Part shown: positions 58,692-64,000 of the stretch, in pieces
Layout of the letters: every line of letters starts with the position of its first letter
How positions within the stretch are numbered: the stretch's first letter is position 1
NCBI GenBank assembly: GCA_964617735.1
Contig: CAZTXT010000001.1
Coordinates: forward strand, 395,589-459,588
Length of the DNA stretch: 64,000 bases
Direction: 5' to 3'
Origin: an uncultured Candidatus Saccharibacteria bacterium
GTDB taxonomy: Bacteria > Patescibacteriota > Minisyncoccia > Phycocordibacterales > DSPV01
Notes under the pieces: model-generated
Databases searched by the model: none
What the model was told of the DNA's origin: nothing
The model's input: only the letters and a program-made list of their open reading frames with translations
Made by a program: the position numbers and the translations under genes

Positions 58692-59255
58692 ATGCCTGAA
58701 TTAAAGACTGTACTACCTAAATGTGCCTGCAGATTGACTGCATGGACGTATGTGGGGACAGGAATGCCTGACCCAGAACTCACCCTTGACCATTGGCAAT
58801 GCACAGAATGTTTTCGCCCGGCATGGATGGTCTCTCACGACGGAGGCAGGGCCTTAGTGATACCTCGCCAGCTTACCTATGAGATGCCCTGCGATCTCAT
58901 GCAATACATCATGGGTCCTCTCCAGAGGGAGCTCGAGAGGATCGCCGTGTACATCAAAGACATTCGTTACCGGTACGAGAGGGATAAAATGCAGATGATC
59001 TTGAAGGCATTGGGAATCAGACGAGAATGGGATTTGATCAAGAATACACACGAAGTTCCTGAAAGCGATGTGAAAGAATTCGAGCTTCTTCAAGCGCGCA
59101 TTTTCATTCAGGATGAATGGGTTTATCCTTCACGCGCGCCACTCCCCAACCCACCCCAACCCCTTGAAGGACTCGTTTACCTGCAAAAGGTGGCACGTCC
59201 CGAATCCAAATCCGCTCAGTGGTATACGATTTCAAGGGAAAAGAAATGCACGTAG
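58692..59255 (+). CDS. Hypothetical protein (Cys-rich N-terminus)
   Basis: CAC...C..C pattern near the N-terminus. Confidence 0.35.
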   Translation: MPELKTVLPKCACRLTAWTYVGTGMPDPELTLDHWQCTECFRPAWMVSHDGGRALVIPRQLTYEMPCDLMQYIMGPLQRELERIAVYIKDIRYRYERDKMQMILKALGIRREWDLIKNTHEVPESDVKEFELLQARIFIQDEWVYPSRAPLPNPPQPLEGLVYLQKVARPESKSAQWYTISREKKCT

Positions 59256-59330
59256 TTCCTGGTCAGAGAAAAGACTCCGCAGTTCGCGGAGTCCTTCTGT
59301 ATTCAGTGCACGCGATTTTGGGGGAAGGAT

Positions 59331-60443
59331 ATGAGATACTGGATACGCGATATGGGTCTCATTCTTTTTTATAAAAAACACGAGCGCCATATAAACACGA
59401 TCGCCTTCGCTTCCGGGTATGTTATAGACAACATCACCATGGTGCGTGTTGACGTCTGGTATGACCATGTACTTCTGGTCGCGCACCTCTCTATTGCTGC
59501 AATCGCGATCATACTGTTGAGCGGTTATGAGCGGATCCGCGATAAAAGCCTCTCCATCACAAATACTGCGGCAAAAGTCGTCGTTTGGCTGCCCGTCATC
59601 ATCCAGTTCGGTCTCGGTTCGATCTTCAGTGGTTCACTCGTATTCTATTCGCGCAGCGCTTCGCTTTCCTCCAGTTGGCCCTTCGTTCTCTTGCTCGCAA
59701 TATTCCTTGTCGGCAACGAGCGTATCTATAACCGCTATACTCGCCTGACGTTCCAGATCGCTGGGTTATTCGTCGCGTCATTCCTCTATTTCTCCTTCAC
59801 CATTCCCATTTTGATGCGTAGCGTCGGGATCCTGCCATTTCTGTTGGCAGGATTAACGAGCCTTCTTCTTGTGTTTCTTGTCTCCCAAGGCATCCGACGA
59901 TTTTCCCCCGAGCAGTTCACGCACAGCGCGCGCAAGATATTCTGGAGCGTGCTTGCATTCTATGTCTTCTTCAACGCGCTCTACCTAACCAATCTCATAC
60001 CGCCCCTTCCGTTGAGCCTCAAAGAGCTCAACGTCTACCATTCCATCGTCAAAACCCCCGAAGGCGATTACGATGCGACGATCGAGCCGGTAGCCTGGTT
60101 CGATGTAGAGGACCGGCTCTGGCCTCTCTTTCATGCGGTTCCGGGTGAGAGTATTTTTGTCTACAGCTCCATTTTCGCTCCCGCGAGGATCGACGCCGAT
60201 ATCGTCCATGAATGGTTCTATTTCGATGAAGCGAAGGGCAAATGGGTTTCGGTCGGAGTTGTGCGTTTTCCGATCAGCGGCGGAAGAGATGGAGGGTATC
60301 GGGGATATTCGCAAAAAAATAATGTCTCTCCGGGCAGATGGAGAGTCGAGGTTAAAACCGTAGGAGGCCAAAAGATCGGAAGAGTGAGCTTTACCGTGCG
60401 GGCGGTGGAGACACCCCCGGCGGTGAAGGCAGTGAAGCTCTAA
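59331..60443 (+). CDS. Polytopic membrane protein with C-terminal beta domain
   Basis: 370 aa. Confidence 0.4.
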   Translation: MRYWIRDMGLILFYKKHERHINTIAFASGYVIDNITMVRVDVWYDHVLLVAHLSIAAIAIILLSGYERIRDKSLSITNTAAKVVVWLPVIIQFGLGSIFSGSLVFYSRSASLSSSWPFVLLLAIFLVGNERIYNRYTRLTFQIAGLFVASFLYFSFTIPILMRSVGILPFLLAGLTSLLLVFLVSQGIRRFSPEQFTHSARKIFWSVLAFYVFFNALYLTNLIPPLPLSLKELNVYHSIVKTPEGDYDATIEPVAWFDVEDRLWPLFHAVPGESIFVYSSIFAPARIDADIVHEWFYFDEAKGKWVSVGVVRFPISGGRDGGYRGYSQKNNVSPGRWRVEVKTVGGQKIGRVSFTVRAVETPPAVKAVKL

Positions 60444-60484
60444 TGATGCTTGAGTTCATGAAGTTCTAATCTGTCTTCGCTATT

Positions 60485-61102
60485 GTGGTATTGCATCAGG
60501 AATGCATCCGCTCTATGTTTTTAGGTTCGGATGCAGTAGGATGTCTTTTTGTAACAAGACTGGGCATTATTCGTCTAATCTTCATAGAATTGGCAAAAAG
60601 TAAGCTAGAGGCGCTATTTCTTGAGGCGTACGAGGCGCATGTTGACGCGATCTTTCGTTATTGCCTTTTCAAGCTCTCCGACCGCGAGCGCGCTAAGGAT
60701 GCGACCCAAGAGATATTTGTGCGATTCTGGCAATATGTAAGCGCCGGCAATACGGTTTCGCATGTTCGGGCATTTCTCTTCACTTCCGCGGCAAACTACG
60801 TCAAGGATCAGTGGAAAAAGAAGAAATCCATACCCTTGAGCATGCTCGATCCCGTGGGGGAAGACGCGCAGCCATTTGATGTCGCAGATCCGGATGAGGC
60901 TACGATCGAGACGCAGACTGAATACCATATCGCCTTGAGGTCCTTCAAGCGGCTCTCCGACAGCGATCAGGTACTATTGCAAATGCGGTTCGTAGAAGAT
61001 ATGGCAGTGAAAGATATCGCACGGGCGCTGGGAGAGCGGGAAAATACGATCGCTGTTCGCATTAGTAGGGCATTGTCGTATTTGCGGAAGCATTTTACGT
61101 GA
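60485..61102 (+). CDS. ECF-family RNA polymerase sigma factor (start uncertain)
   Basis: Region-2 pattern AKDATQEIFVRFW, region 4 VKDIARALGERENTIAVRISRAL. Confidence 0.7.
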   Translation: MVLHQECIRSMFLGSDAVGCLFVTRLGIIRLIFIELAKSKLEALFLEAYEAHVDAIFRYCLFKLSDRERAKDATQEIFVRFWQYVSAGNTVSHVRAFLFTSAANYVKDQWKKKKSIPLSMLDPVGEDAQPFDVADPDEATIETQTEYHIALRSFKRLSDSDQVLLQMRFVEDMAVKDIARALGERENTIAVRISRALSYLRKHFT

Positions 61103-61103
61103 T

Positions 61104-62141
61104 ATGAACGACCAGGAGATAGAAAACTTTTTTTCGAAGATGCAACAAGAGAAACTCTCAAGTAAAGAACGCAGTGAGATGCGAGAGGCTTTACAGTTGC
61201 GCATCAAAGGTTACCAGCCTTCCTTGAAGGTGTATCGGTTCGCGTCGTTGAGGATAAGGCAATTTGCCTATGTTACCATGGCGGTCCTGCTTGTTTTGGG
61301 GGTGAGTGTTGCCTCTGCGGCCGAGTTCTCGCTTCCGGGAGACTCCCTGTATTCTCTTAAAGTCTCGGTCATAGAGCCAGTCCGCGAAGGGTTATCGCTC
61401 TCGCTTGAATCTAAGGCAAAGAAAGAAGCCGAGTTCGCACAGAAGCGCCTTGCTGAAGCCGCAGAGCTCGAAGCTAAAGGCAAGCTCTCGCTTGAGGTCA
61501 AAGACTGGCTTTTTGACCAAGCTGCAGAGCGGGTCCGCGGATTTGAGGATAGGATCGCGCAGGCCGGAGCATCGGTGGACGAGGAGCAAGCCGCAGAACT
61601 GGCTTCTCATCTTGAGGCGGCGCTCAATGCGCAGGTACTGTTGATTGGAAACGAGGCATCAAGCACGGCTACGAGTTCGCAGGCAGCAGTCGAGCGGCTC
61701 AAGATCTCCGCTCATGAAGTCTCTAAGCTCCGGGTTCGCGCAGAAGAGCGGATCGCAAACCGTTCGCCGGAAGAGCTCAAGGCGGTATCCGAAATACAGC
61801 TCAAACACGCCGAAAAGGAATATCAAAATGCAGAGCGTGCGTTCAAAGATCACCCCCGTATCACGGGTAAGGTCGCTGCTGATGCGATCCATAATCTCGA
61901 CGCGGCGAAAGCAATACTCGAGGAGGGAAGAGCAGGTCTGCAGTCGGGTTCCTATAAAGAAGCGATCCCCAAATTGCTAGAGGCCGGAAGGGGAGCGCAA
62001 GGTGCCCAAATACTCATCAACGCCGCGCCGGACCAAACGGAGAGCACCTCGACTCCAGAGCGGGGATCAAAAGGTTTGGATGAGAGGGATGAGGTTCCTT
62101 CAGAACTTGATGGATCGAAAGGCCTTGATATCTCGCTATGA
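61104..62141 (+). CDS. Putative anti-sigma factor (single TM + coiled-coil ectodomain, DUF5667-like)
   Basis: Starts 1 nt after the sigma stop; TM FAYVTMAVLLVLGVSVASA. Confidence 0.5.
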   Translation: MNDQEIENFFSKMQQEKLSSKERSEMREALQLRIKGYQPSLKVYRFASLRIRQFAYVTMAVLLVLGVSVASAAEFSLPGDSLYSLKVSVIEPVREGLSLSLESKAKKEAEFAQKRLAEAAELEAKGKLSLEVKDWLFDQAAERVRGFEDRIAQAGASVDEEQAAELASHLEAALNAQVLLIGNEASSTATSSQAAVERLKISAHEVSKLRVRAEERIANRSPEELKAVSEIQLKHAEKEYQNAERAFKDHPRITGKVAADAIHNLDAAKAILEEGRAGLQSGSYKEAIPKLLEAGRGAQGAQILINAAPDQTESTSTPERGSKGLDERDEVPSELDGSKGLDISL

Positions 62142-62536
62142 CGCCGGAAGAATTCGAAGCAATAGTTTCTGAAGAGTTTCCGGAAGCGATACCCCTTCAG
62201 TTTCGGAACAAGATACGCAATCTCGCGTTCGTCATCGAAGACGAACCGTCATCAGCAGTGCGTACGGCGCAGAGGCTCAAAGATTCTGAAACGCTCCTGG
62301 GTCTCTACCATGGCGTTCCGCTCATCGCTCGCGGCGATAGCTATGGCATTGGAGCGGTGACACCCGATATCATCACTCTCTATCGCGCCCCGATACTCTC
62401 GGCGGCACGATCCGATCCTGCGCGGGTTCGCAGCATCGTGCGCGATACCATTTGGCATGAAGTGGCCCATTATTTTGGTATTGATCATGCAGGAATTTCA
62501 AGGCGCAAGGCTGCACGGGCCAGAAAGCCCTCTTAG
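62138..62536 (+). CDS. Minimal zinc metallopeptidase (DUF1025-like, HExxH)
   Basis: WHEVAHYFG; ATGA overlap with the upstream gene. Confidence 0.55.
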   Translation: MTPEEFEAIVSEEFPEAIPLQFRNKIRNLAFVIEDEPSSAVRTAQRLKDSETLLGLYHGVPLIARGDSYGIGAVTPDIITLYRAPILSAARSDPARVRSIVRDTIWHEVAHYFGIDHAGISRRKAARARKPS

Positions 62537-62953
62537 TCTTTCACTATTCATTTCAGATTCAGGAATAACATGTTGTCATGAACATGTTTGCGTTGCAGTT
62601 TCTTTCCGGTATGCTATCCTTTTTTGAGTTCCGTATGGTCGTATTTAAAGGCTTGTGTTACTAGCCAATTATATATCCATCATGGACATGGATGAGAATA
62701 AGGACCCAGCGCCTGACGAGGAAGAGACCGAAGAGGAAGAGTCTGAAGAAGAATAACTGCGATTTCGGAAGCCCCGTCCTTGCACACAGGGACGGGGCTC
62801 TGTGCATATATCAATGAAAAATTACGCGAAAGTAGGGAATAGGAACGGGAGACCAGGGTTTAGAACCTCATCGGTGTTCCGATATAAAAAATTCCTAAAG
62901 GTTGTCAAAGCAAAGCCGCGCGGGAGACACCGCTGACCATTTATGCAAACAAG

Positions 62954-62992
62954 AAAAAAGCCCGAGAGTTTACTCTCGGGCTTTTGGTATCT
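62954..62992. terminator. Bidirectional rho-independent terminator
   Basis: gcccgagag-ttta-ctctcgggc flanked by AAAAAA and TTTTGG. Confidence 0.6.
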
Positions 62993-63000
62993 GGAGACTG

Positions 63001-63858
63001 CTAATTCCAGATCTCGTTGACGGCATAAAACCGTTTCGGACCGTTTTTGGTGGCCGTGAACGTTTTTTGTGCATTTCCGCCCGACGAACTCTGAAGAACA
63101 GACCACGATGAGACCGGTGCGGTCACGTCCGTGCTGGTGATCACCTTATAGGTGGCGCCGCTGTAGCCGTACCAACTCAACGTAACGGAAGTCGAAGAGA
63201 AGCTCCAAGTGGGCATGACCGGCCCTTTGACCACGTCGACCGTGATCAAGTCTGTCGCCGGCTGCTGCACGCTGTTTCCCTTGAAGTATCCGAACAGGTA
63301 CCGTCCAGGCTTTTGTGGTGTGAAGTACACGGACCCGCTGTGCTGTAGCGCCACACTCAATGAGGAAGTGAATGTTGATGGGTTCGTGATGCTGTAGTAC
63401 CCGACTATGTCGTTCGTGACGCTTAAGTTGGTCGCTACCAACCAGTTTGCCATAAGTTGGCCGCCGTAGGGTATCGTGGTCCCGGGCGTTATGGTCAGTT
63501 GGTACCCGTTGGTATCAGTGTAGATGGTGAACGGAAATGGCGCCGATAAAGCCGCTCCGCTACCCGCCTGGAAGTATTGGATTTGGAAATCCCCTACTTG
63601 GTTGAAGTAGAAAACTTTTGATCCGGACCTTTTTCCTGTTCCCGTGTAATACAGAAGCATAGCTTGAAGTGGCTGTCCGCTCGGATATTTCCCGATCCAG
63701 TCGCTCGATGACGAGGGGTTTACGTTGGTCCATGCGATGGTTACCGGCTGGCCGACATACGCGTTCGATGGTGTCGCCGACACCATACATAACTCGTCTG
63801 CTTGTGCGCTTATGAGCGCCGTGATCGTTGCTAGGAATAGCAGCATTTTCTTTTTCAT
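63001..63858 (-). CDS. Secreted protein with two beta-rich repeats and a C-terminal fibronectin-III-like domain
   Basis: Signal peptide MKKKMLLFLATITALISAQA; FN3-like TSVTLSW...ATYKV. Confidence 0.5.
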   Translation of the reverse strand: MKKKMLLFLATITALISAQADELCMVSATPSNAYVGQPVTIAWTNVNPSSSSDWIGKYPSGQPLQAMLLYYTGTGKRSGSKVFYFNQVGDFQIQYFQAGSGAALSAPFPFTIYTDTNGYQLTITPGTTIPYGGQLMANWLVATNLSVTNDIVGYYSITNPSTFTSSLSVALQHSGSVYFTPQKPGRYLFGYFKGNSVQQPATDLITVDVVKGPVMPTWSFSSTSVTLSWYGYSGATYKVITSTDVTAPVSSWSVLQSSSGGNAQKTFTATKNGPKRFYAVNEIWN

Positions 63859-64000
63859 TGATCTGTCCTTTGGTTGAATTTTCGATGATCGAAATCTCTG
63901 AAGATACATTACATAAGTATCTTAAAATGTCAAGTATGCACCGGCGTTTCGTGATGACCGTTTAGTTTCGGCTTGGTACCTGTTATACTGTTTGGCATGC

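Noticed and set aside
62682-62756. 24-codon hyper-acidic micro-ORF (MDMDENKDPAPDEEETEEEESEEE)
   Set aside because: No SD, low-complexity, in a spacer; cannot support it as a gene.

Overview
This 64-kb window is a bacterial chromosomal segment of roughly mid-50s % GC with several short AT-rich islets. About 85 protein genes fill it almost entirely.

Identifiable core genes are pyrF-pyrE, rbfA-infB, an IscS-like cysteine desulfurase, clpB, a family-4 uracil-DNA glycosylase, alr, rpmG, rarA, miaA, parB, topA, dprA, serS, an ftsQ-like gene, dus, dnaX, typA and a GT2 glycosyltransferase. There are also many peptidases (M14 x2, M23, a metzincin, DUF1025) and many membrane or hypothetical proteins.

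Eight canonical tRNAs are present: Leu-TAG, Lys-CTT, Leu-TAA, Cys-GCA, Tyr-GTA, Trp-CCA, Leu-CAA and Gln-TTG. One further aberrant tRNA-like element lies among them. Numerous rho-independent terminators are visible.

I saw no rRNA, CRISPR array, transposase or integrase.

The organism is probably a reduced-genome lineage. This is inference from three VirB2/TrbC-like mini-pilins, an IF-2 lacking its N-terminal domain, a 350-aa gamma-only DnaX and the abundance of orphan membrane proteins.

Items worth a second look:
- A membrane-anchored Hsp100/Clp-like ATPase with a degenerate first AAA domain, translationally coupled to a 4-TM protein.
- A tRNA-Gln locus with tRNA fragments, long flanking inverted repeats and an adjacent AT-rich LOG-family gene.
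- An AT-rich gene for a protein with UDG-superfamily motifs (uracil-DNA glycosylase) jammed against tRNA-Trp.
- A roughly 320-nt promoter-to-terminator noncoding unit upstream of dnaX.
- A duplicated topA 3' fragment.
- A trypsin-fold protein that has lost its catalytic triad.
- An ECF sigma / anti-sigma / mini-metallopeptidase operon.
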